Assembly (NCBI GenBank): GCA_963800275.1
Contig: CAWDAI010000014.1
Location: forward strand, 46,745-110,744
Length of the DNA: 64,000 bases
Origin: an uncultured Chloroflexia bacterium
Lineage (GTDB): Bacteria > Chloroflexota > Limnocylindria > Limnocylindrales > CSP1-4
Direction of reading: 5' to 3'
Shown one piece after another: positions 32,523 to 43,048 of the stretch. Every line of letters begins with the position of its first letter. Within the stretch, counting starts at the first letter, position 1. Below the pieces are notes generated by a model. The model worked only from the letters and a program-made list of their open reading frames with translations, did no database searches and had not been told where the DNA came from. A program made the position numbers and the translations under genes.

Positions 32523-34250
32523 TCATGCGACCTCCTCCTCGGTGGCCTGCGAGAGCACGATCTCGCGGTAGGTCTGGCAGCGCCCCATCAGCTCCTCGTG
32601 GGTGCCGATGCCCACCACGCCGCCCTCGTCGAGCACGACGATGCGGTCGGCCCGCAGGATGGTGCCCACGCGCTGGGCCACGATGATGAGCGTGGCCTCG
32701 GTGAGCTCGCGCTCCAGCGCGGCGCGCAGGCGCGCGTCGGTGCGGAAGTCGAGGGCAGAGAAGCTGTCGTCGAAGATGAAGACGTCAGGCCGGTGGACGA
32801 TGGCGCGCGCGATCGACAGGCGCTGACGCTGACCGCCCGAGACGTTGGTGCCGCCCTGGGAGATCTCCGACTCCAGCTGGTCCGGCATGGCCTCCACGAA
32901 GTCCCTGCCCTGGGCGATCGCGAGCGCCTGCCATAGCTCCGCCTCGGTCGCGTCCTCGTCGCCATAGCGCAGGTTGGAGGCGACGGTGCCGCTGAAGAGG
33001 AAGGCGCGCTGGGGCGTCAGCGTGACCCGCTTCCAGAGCTCGTCCCGCTCCAGCTCGCGCACGTCGACGTCGTCGACGCGCACGCTCCCGCCGGTGACGT
33101 CGTAGAGGCGGGGGATGAGGTTGATGAGCGTGGACTTGCCGCTGCCGGTGGAGCCCACGATGGCCGTGGTCTGGCCCGGCTCGGCGCTGAAGCTGATGCC
33201 CGAGAGGACGGGCTGCTCGGCCCCCGGATAGCGGAACTCGACGTCGCGGAACTCGACTCGGCCGCGCCGCGCCGGGGCGACCGGGGTGAGGGGGTCGAAG
33301 ATCGTGGGCTGGGTGTCAAGGACCTCGCGGATGCGATCGCCGGAGACGGCTGCACGGGGGACCTGCACGAACATGAAGACGGCCATCATCACCGAGAACA
33401 GCACGATCATGATGTACTGCAGGAAGGCCACCAGGTTGCCGATGGGCATGTCGCCGCTGTCTACGCGAAAGGCGCCCACCCAGAGCACGGCCACGCTGGT
33501 CAGGTTCATGACCGCCATGAGCAGGGGCAGGGCCAGCGCGAAGAGCCGCTGCACCCGCAACGACGTATCCAGCAGGTCAGCGTTGGCAGCATCGAAGCGC
33601 TGCTCTTCGTGCCGGGTGCGCACGAAGGCCCGGATCACGCGCACGCCGGAGAGCTTCTCGCGCATGACCAGGTTGATGCGGTCGAGCTTGCGCTGCATGG
33701 CCTGGAAGAGGGGGATGGCCTTGCGCATGAGCAGGGAGATGATGATCACGATCAGCGGCATCACCACCACCAGCAGCCCGGACATCTCGACGTCCTGGCG
33801 GAGGGCCATGATGACCCCGCCCACGACCATGATGGGCGCGGTGATCATGATGTTCAGGCCCAGCACCACGAGCATCTGGACCTGCTGCACGTCGTTGGTG
33901 TTGCGCGTGATGAGGCTGGGGGCGCCGAACTGGCTCATCTCGACCTGGCCGAAGGCCTGCACCCGCCGGAAGATGCCACTGCGCACGTCACGACCGAAGG
34001 CCATGGCCGTGCGGGCGCCGAAGTAGACGCCGATGACCGCGACCACGCCCAGCACCCCGGTCACCAGCAGCATGACGGCGCCGGTCTGCAGGATGTAGTC
34101 GGTGTCACCGGTGACGACGCCGTTGTTGATGATCTCCGCGTTGAGCTCCGGCAGGTAGAGGTTGGCGATGGCCTGCACCAGCAACAGCAGCATGACCAGC
34201 GCGATGGCGCCCTTGTAGGTCGGCAGGTAGCGCCGGAAGAGGGCGGTCAC
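32523..34250 (-). CDS. ABC exporter, fused permease + ATPase (first subunit of the heterodimer)
   Basis: TM domain plus nucleotide-binding domain (Walker A GSTGSGKST, signature motif VSGGQRQRLSIARA, Walker B FIFDDSFSALD). The GTG start at 34250 overlaps the marR stop in a GTGA pattern. Confidence 0.85.
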   Translation of the reverse strand: MTALFRRYLPTYKGAIALVMLLLLVQAIANLYLPELNAEIINNGVVTGDTDYILQTGAVMLLVTGVLGVVAVIGVYFGARTAMAFGRDVRSGIFRRVQAFGQVEMSQFGAPSLITRNTNDVQQVQMLVVLGLNIMITAPIMVVGGVIMALRQDVEMSGLLVVVMPLIVIIISLLMRKAIPLFQAMQRKLDRINLVMREKLSGVRVIRAFVRTRHEEQRFDAANADLLDTSLRVQRLFALALPLLMAVMNLTSVAVLWVGAFRVDSGDMPIGNLVAFLQYIMIVLFSVMMAVFMFVQVPRAAVSGDRIREVLDTQPTIFDPLTPVAPARRGRVEFRDVEFRYPGAEQPVLSGISFSAEPGQTTAIVGSTGSGKSTLINLIPRLYDVTGGSVRVDDVDVRELERDELWKRVTLTPQRAFLFSGTVASNLRYGDEDATEAELWQALAIAQGRDFVEAMPDQLESEISQGGTNVSGGQRQRLSIARAIVHRPDVFIFDDSFSALDFRTDARLRAALERELTEATLIIVAQRVGTILRADRIVVLDEGGVVGIGTHEELMGRCQTYREIVLSQATEEEVA

Positions 34251-34753
34251 GCGCGTGCTCGCGGGCGCGCACCGTGGCCGTGTTCGTCGGCCAGGCATTC
34301 GCGGGCGGCGCGCAGGGCGCGCAGGCCCTGGGTCAGCGCGGCCAGGTCCTCGTCGGTCATGGTCCCGAGCATCTGGGCCAGTCGCTCACGCCGTTCGGTG
34401 GCCAGGTCCGCGATGAGCTCGTGGCCGGCGTCGGTGAGGACCACGTTGACCACGCGCCGATCATCCTCGTCGCGCTCGCGCGTCACGTAGCCCAGCTCCT
34501 CCATGCGGTCGATGATGCCGGTGGTGCTGGCCTGCGACACGTCGAGTGATTCGGCGATCGCGTGCATGGGCAGGGCGCCCTCGTGGGCCAGGGCCATGAG
34601 CACGTGCAGGTTGACCATGCTCAGCCGGCCCGATGACCAGCGCCGGATGGACCGCATCATGCCGCTGGGGCCGTGCTGCACCATCTCCTCGAGGGCATCG
34701 TCGACCAGCTGGCGTCGCGCCACGGGTCGGGATCGCTGGTCAGACCGTTCCAT
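34247..34753 (-). CDS. MarR family transcriptional regulator, first gene of the marR-ABC-ABC operon
   Basis: MarR winged helix (LMALAHEGALPMHAIAESLDVSQASTTGIIDRMEELGYVTRERDEDDRR). Confidence 0.8.
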   Translation of the reverse strand: MERSDQRSRPVARRQLVDDALEEMVQHGPSGMMRSIRRWSSGRLSMVNLHVLMALAHEGALPMHAIAESLDVSQASTTGIIDRMEELGYVTRERDEDDRRVVNVVLTDAGHELIADLATERRERLAQMLGTMTDEDLAALTQGLRALRAARECLADEHGHGARPRARA

Positions 34754-34837
34754 AAGTTCGGCACGATAGTATCTTTAGTCCAGATTGTCAATGTGACCCT
34801 AAGGACCTGTGAATGGCCAGCAGACCACGTCAGCCCG

Positions 34838-34935
34838 CAGCGGCCAGCGACGTCGTCAGCCCGCAGCGACCAGCGACGTCGTCAGCCCGCAGCGACCAGC
34901 GACGTCGTCAGCCCGCAGCGACCAGCGAAGCGACG
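34838..34935. repeat. 26-bp tandem repeat (gtcagcccgcagcgaccagcgacgtc, about 3.5 copies)
   Basis: Copies can be read directly. The period is not a multiple of 3. It lies in the divergent intergenic region. Confidence 0.7.
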
Positions 34936-35032
34936 TCACCCTCGGGTCCATGGAGACGAGGGAGGCGACCAGGTTGGACCAGAGGGGCGCGGCGAGTCAC
35001 GACCTCGTCCGATCCCGGGGCCGCGCCAGGAC

Positions 35033-35275
35033 CACCCAGGCCAGTGCCCCCGCAAGGCCCAGCCACGGCCACGTCCGCGCCAGACAGGGCCACGTCCGCG
35101 CCAGACAGGGCCACGTCCGCGCCATGACCACCCCCAGGCCAATGCCCCCGCAAGGCCCAGACAGGGCCACGACCGCGCCATGCCAGCGCCACGTCCGCGC
35201 CATGACCGCCCCCAGGCCAATGCCCCCGCAAGGCCCAGACAGGGCCACGACCGCGCCAGATGTCAGCCCCGGTGG
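35033..35275. repeat. complex ~80-100-bp tandem repeat (3 copies) with nested ~22-bp sub-repeats (cagacagggccacgtccgcgc)
   Basis: ccaggccaatgcccccgcaaggcccagacagggccacgaccgcgcc recurs three times. The tracked ORFs 34809-35345 across it are repeat artefacts. Confidence 0.7.
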
Positions 35276-35829
35276 CGGTGGGCGCGGATCGACCCGGGGT
35301 ACCGGTCAAGGGCATGCACCGCCTGACGCATCATGCACCGCCTGACGCATATCGATACCGCCCACGCCCCGGTGCTGCATGACGATACAACCGGGCTCGA
35401 CGGCTCGAGGACGGTGTCGCGACGAAGGCCACCCCGCCTGACATCTGGCGCGAAACTGAGGCCGGGCGCGACAGCGAGGCGCTGTGCGGAGGCGGTCGGC
35501 CAGGGCCCCGGCCGCGTGCCTCCTCCATCGACCGGCGGCCGACCACGGTCCCTAACGCCGGCCACGGACCCGCCGCTGGCCACGGTCGCGGGCCGCCCTC
35601 GAGCGGCGGCCGCCCACCCCTGGCGTCGTCAGCCTTGGGGGTGGCGACCGGGACGTACTCGCGGGCCGCCCCAGTGGTCACGCTGGCTGGCCTCGACACC
35701 GCTGCCCCAAGGACATCCGGTCTCGGTCAGATCCCGTCGCGGGAGACCTGCTCGCGCGCGGCACCACATGTCCTGCGGTCGCGTAGGGTTCGGCCATGAC
35801 CGGAACGTGGTACTACGGGCTCATCGCGG

Positions 35830-37092
35830 GTGACGAGACGGTCGTCGTGGTCGCGCACCGTGGCTGAAGACACGCTGCTGACGGGCATCCGCCTGTTCGT
35901 CATCTTCCTCACCGTCGCCGCCGCCGTGGGCCTGGTCATCCGCAAGACGGCCATCCCCTTCACCCTCGCCTTGGTGGCGGTCGGGCTCGTGGCCTCGCTG
36001 TTGCTGCCGGACCTGCAGCTGGAGGTGACGCCAGAGCTGGTCCTCGTCGTGCTCCTGCCCGGACTCGTCTTCGAGGCGGCCATCCACATCGACCTCACGG
36101 CCCTGCGGCGATCGGCCGGGAGCGTGGCGCTGCTGGCAGGACCGGGTGTCATCGTGGTCGCCGTCGTGGTGGCGGCCGCGCTCTTCCTGGGAACGGGACT
36201 GCCCCTCGAGCTCGGCTTCATCGTCGGCGCCATGGTGGCGGCCACCGATCCGGCTGCCGTCATCGCGACCTTCCGCCGGCTGGGCGTTCCGCACCGCCTG
36301 GCTGCTACCGTCGAGGGCGAGAGCCTCTTCAACGACGGCACCGGCCTGGTCCTGTTCGCCCTCGCCGTCTCGGCCATCACCACCACCGTGACCGCCCAGG
36401 ATGTGCTCGCGACGCTGGTAGTCACGGTCGCCGTGAGCATGGCCATCGGCCTGGGCGTGGGTTTCCTCGCCTCGCGCGTCCTGGCCACGGTGGAGGACCA
36501 CCTGCTCGAGCTGATGATCTCGGTATCAGCCGCCTATGGCACCTATCTGCTGGCGGACTTCTTCCACGAGTCGGGGATCATCGCCACCGTCATCGCCGGG
36601 ATCGTCATCGGCAACTACGGCCGCCGCATCGGCATCAGCCGCCGCGCGGCAGAGGCCATGGACACGGTCTGGGAGTTCGTGGCCTTCCTGCTGACTGCCC
36701 TCGTCTTCATGATCGTGGGCCTTTCGATCTCGTTGCCGAGTCTCACCGAGGCCCTGCCCTGGATCGCGTTCTCGCTGGTGGGAGCGCTGGTCGGTCGGGC
36801 CATCGCGGTCTATGGCCTGATGGGTAGCTTCCTCTGGCTCCGTCGCCGGTTCGGCCCGCCCGACCGGGAACCTCACCGCGGCTGGCTCCACGTCCTCAAC
36901 TGGTCCGGTCTGCGCGGGGCCGTGGCCGTGGCCATGGCCTTGTCCCTGCCCATGAACGTGCCCCAGCGGGGCCTGCTGCTCGAGATCACCTTCGGCGTCG
37001 TGCTCTTCACGCTCACCGTGCAGGGCATGACCATCGAACCGCTCGTGCGTCGTTGGCTCCGTCGTGACGAGACCGCCGCCCCAGGGTTGTGA
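35830..37092 (+). CDS. CPA1 family Na+/H+ (cation:proton) antiporter, NhaP-type
   Basis: Twelve to thirteen TM helices and the family's conserved motif LFNDGTGLVLF. The start codon is uncertain (GTG at 35830 or 35860). Confidence 0.8.
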   Translation: MTRRSSWSRTVAEDTLLTGIRLFVIFLTVAAAVGLVIRKTAIPFTLALVAVGLVASLLLPDLQLEVTPELVLVVLLPGLVFEAAIHIDLTALRRSAGSVALLAGPGVIVVAVVVAAALFLGTGLPLELGFIVGAMVAATDPAAVIATFRRLGVPHRLAATVEGESLFNDGTGLVLFALAVSAITTTVTAQDVLATLVVTVAVSMAIGLGVGFLASRVLATVEDHLLELMISVSAAYGTYLLADFFHESGIIATVIAGIVIGNYGRRIGISRRAAEAMDTVWEFVAFLLTALVFMIVGLSISLPSLTEALPWIAFSLVGALVGRAIAVYGLMGSFLWLRRRFGPPDREPHRGWLHVLNWSGLRGAVAVAMALSLPMNVPQRGLLLEITFGVVLFTLTVQGMTIEPLVRRWLRRDETAAPGL

Positions 37093-37188
37093 TGGACAGG
37101 CGGACGGGGCGGGTCACCGGCTGATCGATCGCCCACCCCGTCTTGTTCGATGGGGGCCCACGGATCACCGGGGCCCCGCTGGCCGCCG

Positions 37189-37785
37189 CTAGCCGATCGT
37201 GGCGCCGGCGGACTCGCGGGCCGAGTCCCGCTGGCCCTCGTGCGTGCCCTCGGCGAATTCCTCGAGCATCTTGTCCATGAAGGCCTCAAGGTCATCGGGG
37301 CGACGGCTGGTGACGAGGCCCTGGTCGACTCGGACCTCCTCGTCCACCCAAGTGCCACCGGCGTTACGGATGTCGGTAGCCAGGCTGGGGTAGGACGTCA
37401 GGGTGCGGCCCCCGACCACATCGGCCTCCACCAGCATCCAGGGCCCGTGGCAGATCGCGGCCACCGGCTTGGCCTGGGCGAAGAAGGAACGCACGAAGGA
37501 GACGGCCGTTCGATCCATGCGCAGCTGGTCGGGGTTCTTCACACCACCAGGGATGACCAGGCCGTCGTAGCCATCGGCCGAGGTGTCAGCGACCATACGG
37601 TCGACCTCGAAGGTGTCGGCCTTGTCCATGCCCTTCACCGCCCGGATCGACCCGCTCTCGAGCGAGATGAGTTCCGCTTCAGCGCCCGCCTCGCGGAGCG
37701 CGCGCATGGGCTCGGTCAACTCCACCTGCTCGACGCCGTCGGTGGCCAGGATGGCGATGCGCTTGCCGTTCAGATCGTGAGCCAT
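37189..37785 (-). CDS. DJ-1/PfpI family protein (type 1 glutamine amidotransferase-like; protease I / general stress protein 18 type)
   Basis: Nucleophile elbow AAICHGPWML and the family pattern GYDGLVIPGG. Confidence 0.85.
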   Translation of the reverse strand: MAHDLNGKRIAILATDGVEQVELTEPMRALREAGAEAELISLESGSIRAVKGMDKADTFEVDRMVADTSADGYDGLVIPGGVKNPDQLRMDRTAVSFVRSFFAQAKPVAAICHGPWMLVEADVVGGRTLTSYPSLATDIRNAGGTWVDEEVRVDQGLVTSRRPDDLEAFMDKMLEEFAEGTHEGQRDSARESAGATIG

Positions 37786-38023
37786 ATTCGGCCTCCTTTG
37801 TCACTTCATTCATGCGGTACCGTCGAATCGTCGTCCAGCCACCGACAGGGACGCGCAAAAGCCCGCGCGGCGGCAGGTTGCAGCTATCTGACAGCGGGCC
37901 GGCACGGGCTGGCCGCATGCAAGCGGACGGCGGCTGAGATGCCCGCTCGGCCAGCTGCAACGTTCGTGTAGCCCCCGCGCCGCTAGCCTGCGGTCCATGA
38001 CAGCGAGCAAGCGGAGCTAGCGC

Positions 38024-38773
38024 ATGGACCAGTCACAGCGCGCGGCCCTCAGGGCAGGCGCGGTGGTGGCCGCAGCGGCTGCCCAGGCACTCATCCCCAG
38101 CGTGGTGCCCCTCGTCGGTGTCGACCAAGAGGAGGAACGCCGCGGCGACACGCCTATCACTCCGCCGCCCTACGCCTTCTCCATCTGGGGCCCGATCTTC
38201 GCGGCCAGCATCGCCAACGCAGTGCAACAGGCGCTTCCGGCGCACCGCGGCGAGCCGGTCAACGAGGTCGGTGGGTGGCCCCTCGCGGGTGCGCACGCCC
38301 TGAACGCGACCTGGGCCCTGGCCGCCCAACCGGGACGGTTCGCGACCACGCCCTTCGTGCTGGCCGGCGCGGTGGCCTGCGCTGCTGCCGCCTATCGGCA
38401 GCAGCAGCGGGAGGCGGCCCCGGGCATCTCTCGGCTCGCGCCCGCGAGCACCGGGCTGCTCCTGGGCTGGATCAGCCTGGCCAGCGTGGTCAACACCGCG
38501 TCGGTTGCCCAAGAGCTCGGGGCCGAGCCCGATGCCCCGCTCGTGACGGCCATCTGGACCGCTGCCGCGGTGGCGGTGGCCGGGGTCGCCGGTGCGACCA
38601 TCCTGCGCAGCCGTCATGGCTACCTGCCCCTGGCCGCGTCGGTCGGCTGGGGCCTCGGTACCACCGCGGCCACGAGCGAACGGCCGCGCCTGGCCCGAGC
38701 CGGCGCGCTGGCGGGCACCGCCATGGTGGCTGCGGCCAGCGTGGCACGCCTGCTCCGTGCCCGTCCCTGGTAG
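38024..38773 (+). CDS. hypothetical polytopic membrane protein (weak resemblance to TspO/MBR-like Trp-rich proteins)
   Basis: Ala/Gly-rich TM segments. ITPPPYAFSIWGPIF is reminiscent of TspO, but this is not confirmed. Confidence 0.4.
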   Translation: MDQSQRAALRAGAVVAAAAAQALIPSVVPLVGVDQEEERRGDTPITPPPYAFSIWGPIFAASIANAVQQALPAHRGEPVNEVGGWPLAGAHALNATWALAAQPGRFATTPFVLAGAVACAAAAYRQQQREAAPGISRLAPASTGLLLGWISLASVVNTASVAQELGAEPDAPLVTAIWTAAAVAVAGVAGATILRSRHGYLPLAASVGWGLGTTAATSERPRLARAGALAGTAMVAAASVARLLRARPW

Positions 38774-38962
38774 AGCCGACCAGTCACTCGCGGTCGTGGT
38801 CTATCCGCACGCGGAGGTCGACCGGCCACTGGACTGCGATCACTCCCTGCAGTATGGTCCCGCGGTCGCCTGCGCAGCCAGCGCCGGCTCCTACCGGGGC
38901 GGGCTGGGCTGTGGTTCGGCGGCACGGGGGATCGCACCGGCCACTCGAAAGGATCCGGCGCC

Positions 38963-39628
38963 ATGGATCTGCCAAGGACGGGGAGCACCGTCAAGCGAGT
39001 CCTCGACGTCCTGGTCGCAGGGTGCGGGCTCATCGTGCTCGCTCCGCTCCTTCTGGCCATCGCCTTCGCGATCCGTTTCACGATGGGCGCTCCGGTGCTC
39101 TTCAGGCAGGAGCGGCCGGGACTGCAGGGCCGGCCGTTCACCATCCTGAAGTTTCGTTCCATGACCTCCGCCCGTGACGCGCAGGGACACTTCCTGCCCG
39201 AGGAGCTCCGCCTGACGCGACTTGGATACTGGCTGCGCAAGACCAGCTTCGATGAGATCCCCGAGCTCTGGAACGTCCTCGTCGGCGAGATGAGCCTCGT
39301 CGGGCCCAGACCGCTGCTCATGCGTTACCTGCCCCTGTACAGCCCCGCGCAGATGCGCCGTCACGACATGAGACCGGGGATCACGGGCCTGGCCCAGGTG
39401 CGGGGGCGTCACACGCTCCCCTGGGACACCCGCTTCCGGCTCGACGCCTACTACGTCGAGCATTGGTCCCTGCGACTCGACACCTGGATCATGCGGGAGA
39501 CCCTGGCCGTGCTGTGGCATGGCCAGGCGCACTTCGGTGGTGGCGATGGGGTGCCCTTCACCTGGCCCGGCAACGAGGAGCAGACAGGGCTCGAGGATGC
39601 ACCATCGCGATCGGAGAGCGCCACGTGA
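38963..39628 (+). CDS. bacterial sugar transferase (small PglC/WbaP-type polyprenyl-phosphate hexose-1-phosphate transferase)
   Basis: N-terminal TM helix and a catalytic region (RPFTILKFRSM, DEIPELWNVLVGEMSLVGPRP, PGITGLAQV). This is the first gene of the coupled operon. Confidence 0.8.
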   Translation: MDLPRTGSTVKRVLDVLVAGCGLIVLAPLLLAIAFAIRFTMGAPVLFRQERPGLQGRPFTILKFRSMTSARDAQGHFLPEELRLTRLGYWLRKTSFDEIPELWNVLVGEMSLVGPRPLLMRYLPLYSPAQMRRHDMRPGITGLAQVRGRHTLPWDTRFRLDAYYVEHWSLRLDTWIMRETLAVLWHGQAHFGGGDGVPFTWPGNEEQTGLEDAPSRSESAT

Positions 39629-40648
39629 AGGCGCGGATTCTCGGCGTCGACGCTGCCGAGTGGCGCGAGGTGTTGGTCCGCGATGGCCACGACGTCTATC
39701 ACCTGCCCCGCTATGTCACGCTCATGGCCGCCTACGACAGCGGGTCGCCCGCAGCCCTCTATGTGGAGGACGGACCGGGACGACGACTGCTGTTGCCGGT
39801 GATCCTGCGTGACCTCGGACAGGGGCGACAGGATGCGATCAGCCCGTACGGCTACCCCGGTCCGATCGCGCACCGCGGCGCCGATGCCGAGTTCGTCTCC
39901 GCGGCCATGGCCTGCGCCGTCGAGCTACTGGCACGGGAGCACGTGGTGGCACTCTTCGTTCGTCTGCACCCATTGCTTCCCATCGACGGACTCGACGCCG
40001 TCGGCACCCTCGTGAACCACGGCCAGACTGTGGTCATCGACCTCTCTCTGAGTGAGGAGCAATTGTGGCGCGAGATGCGCAAGAACCACCAGCGCGACAT
40101 CGCGCGCTCCCGACGCGATGGGTGCCGCTTCGCCTTCGAGGGATTCGCCAGCGTCATTCGAGGCCTTCAAGCGCATCTACCGGGAGACGATGGAACGGCG
40201 CGATGCCGATGACTGGTACAAGTTCGATGATGCCTATTTCGATGGACTGCGGGAGGCACTAGGCCACCACCTGCACCTGGCAGTAGCGCGTGTTGACGGG
40301 GAGATCGCGGCTGCAGGGCTCTTCTCCGAGTGCGACGGCATCGTGCAATTACAGCTCTCCGGTTCGGATGAACGATTCCGGAACGCCAGGCCGACCAAGC
40401 TGCTCTACGACGGGGTCCGCAGGTGGGCCAAGCAACGCTCGGCGCGATGGTTCCACCTCGGCGGCGGACTTGGTGCGCAGGAGGATTCGCTCTACCACTT
40501 CAAGTCGGGCTTCTCCCCGCGCCGCTGCGACTTCATGACCCTGCGTCTCATCGTGCGTGACGATGACTATGCGGCCCTGCTGCAAGAGCACGCGATCGAT
40601 GTCGACCCAGCCGACCTGGGCGGGTTCTTCCCGGCATACGCGCGATGA
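39625..40648 (+). pseudogene. FemAB-like / BioF2-like GNAT-fold acyltransferase, frame-disrupted near 40150
   Basis: Frame 1 (GTG 39625, overlapping the upstream stop) gives ...HQRDIARSRRDGCRFAFEGF and then stops. Frame 2 continues with the expected EAFKRIYRETMERRDADDWYKF...HLGGGLGAQEDSLYHFKSGF. The local near-duplicate ttcgccttcgagg / ttcgaggccttcaag marks the indel site. Confidence 0.6.
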
Positions 40649-40865
40649 GCGTCTTGCTACCCACCGTTCCCAAGCGGCCCTCGACGCGCGCGCCCAGGCG
40701 TCGCACCGGGCTCGTGGGTCGGACAGCACCCGGGGCGACGCATCCCGCCGGGCTCCCGGGAAAAGGTGGTGCGCCGCTGCACCGTTCGTGCCTCGAGGCC
40801 TTCACCTGCGGATGCGCATCTGGTACTCATGGCGTTCTTGTCAGCGAACCAGCCATCGGGAGCAC

Positions 40866-43048
40866 ATGCATCCGCCCCATGACCCCCATCCGGCGTCACC
40901 GTTGATGGCAGCCGCCAAGGCGCCCCTTCGCGCGACCGACTGGGCCAGTCAGGTCGATGCCAGCGTGCCCGCGGTGATCCTGACCGCGTCGCCGCGCGCC
41001 CGACGATCGCCACATGGCGGACTCGGCATCATCCGCAGCCTCGGACGGTTGGGTGTGCCCGTCTACACCGTCGACTCGGAATCCGACGCGGACCGGGCTC
41101 GTACTCCAGGTATGTGCGGGAGCGGTTCGTCCTCGAGATCGACACCGATCGTCCCGAGCGGACCATCGACGCCCTCGTCGGCATCGGCCGGAGGCTGGCG
41201 CACCGGCCGCTGCTGATCCCGACCTGGGACGAGGCCTCGATCATGGTCTCGGACCATGCTGGCATCCTGTCGGAGCACTTCCGCTTCCCGCTCCAGCCAC
41301 CCGGACTGGCCCGCTCGCTGGCGAGCAAGCAGTCGATGTATCTGCTCGCCCGGGACCACGGGGTGCCGACGCCCATGGCGTCATTCCCCCGGAACATGGA
41401 CGACGTCGAGGCCTATCTCGCAGCGGCGGCCTTTCCCGTCATGCTCAAGGGCATCACAGGCAATCGCCTGCTCAAGCACGCGGGTCGCAAGATGGCCATC
41501 GTGCAGACGCCCGCGGAGTTGCGCCGGCTGTACGCCGAGATGGAAGATCCCGACGACCCCAATCTCATGCTGCAGGAGTACATCCCCGGCGGCGATGACG
41601 CGGTTTGGATGTTCAACGGCTACTTCGATGCCGATTCTCGATGCCTGCTGGGCATCACGGGCCGCAAGTTGCGGCAGACGCCCGTCTACACCGGCGCTAC
41701 GAGCCTGGGGGTGTGCCTACACAACGAGCAGGTCGATGCCACCACGCGGCGCTGGATGGCGGCGCTGGGCTACCGGGGCATCCTCGATATCGGCTACCGG
41801 TTCGATGCGCGCGACGGCAGCTATAAGGTCCTCGACGTCAACCCCCGTATCGGCGGCACGTTCAGGCTGTTCGTGGCCAGCAACGGCATGGATGTGTCGC
41901 GGGCCCAGTACTTGGACCTCACGGGCCAGCCTGTCCCACCGTCGGTGCCAGTGCGGGGCCGAAAGTGGCTGGACGACCGGGACTTCGGATCGAGTTTGAC
42001 CTACTGGCGGGACGGCCGGCTCACGGCACGCGACTGGCTGGCTTCGCTCGCCGGCATCGAGGAGACGGTCTACTTCGCTCGAGATGACCTCGCGCCCTTC
42101 GTGCAGCACAGCGCCTACCTACTGCGCTCCGCGGTCCCGTCACGCGGCCACAGGCCGGATGGTGGTGCCGTTGCACAGCAGCGCATCGACCACGCCTTCC
42201 ATGCAGCTGCCGACGAGTGGCGCGACCTCTACCGGCAGGAGTCGATACAGGCCCGCATCTACCAGGAACGGCGGGCCCGCGCCCTGGAATGGATCGATTC
42301 CCTCCGACTGCCGCCGGGGTCGCGGGTCCTGGAGGTCGGCTGCGGCGCGGGCCTGACCTCCGTCGATCTGGCCGGACGGGGGTTCGAGGTGACGGCCATG
42401 GATTCGGTCCCGGCCATGGTCGACCAGACCCGGCGTCTGGTCCAAGAGGAAGGTGTCGCCGATCGGGTCAGCGTGCTGTCCGCCGACACGCACGACTTGC
42501 CCTTCCCCGACGAGGCCTTCGAGCTGGTGCTGGCGCTGGGAGTGCTGCCGTGGCTGCATTCGCCGGAGCGCGCGATGGCCGAGATGACGCGGGTGCTGCG
42601 GCCCGGGGGCCATCTGCTCGCCACGACCGACAACGCCTACGGTATGCACTACATCCTCGATCCGCGCATGAATCCGCTGGTCGCGCCGCTCCGGCGGCTG
42701 GCTGCTCGCCTGCTTCGCCTGCTCGGGCTCCGCCGCCGTACCTCGGTCGTGGCCCGTCTGGATCCGCCGCGCCGGTTCCGGCGGCTGGTTCATGGAGCGG
42801 GCCTGCGGCCCCTGCGTGAGTCGACCCTCGGCTTCGGGCCTGTGACCGTCAGGCGTCGGCCGGTCCTGTCGCCGCGGGAGGACCTCCGGTTGCACCGGAC
42901 GCTTCAGGACCTCGCCGACCAGGGAGTGCCCATCGTGCGATCGACCGGAGCGCAGCACATGATCCTCGCCCGGCGCCCGGAGCCAGCCGCGGGGCCCACG
43001 GTGGCGCCGCGCGGACCCTCCGAGCCAACGGAAGGAGACCGAGCGTGA
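40866..43048 (+). pseudogene. ATP-grasp ligase fused to a C-terminal class I SAM-dependent methyltransferase, with a -1 frame break near 41095
   Basis: The pre-ATP-grasp N-terminus (PAVILTASP...HGGLGIIRSLGRLGVPVYTVDSES) is in frame 3. It continues in frame 2 as SRYVRERFVLEID... through the ATP-grasp core (LQEYIPGG, GYRGILDIGYRFDARDGSYKVLDVNPRIGG) and the methyltransferase motif I VLEVGCGAG. The start (40866 or 40905) is uncertain. Confidence 0.6.

Noticed and set aside
21326-32526. More shadow ORFs: 21326..22984(+), 21678..22256(-), 25046..25999(+), 25071..25961(-), 26634..27854(-), 29057..31114(+), 30970..32526(-), 31728..32438(+)
   Set aside because: Same reasoning as above. They overlap well-supported ABC transporter and IS110 coding sequences in other frames.
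35330-35830. Riboswitch or leader RNA upstream of the Na+/H+ antiporter (ydaO / c-di-AMP type suspected)
   Set aside because: I could not recognise the conserved cores by eye; only a short direct duplication is present. Not supportable without a covariance-model search.
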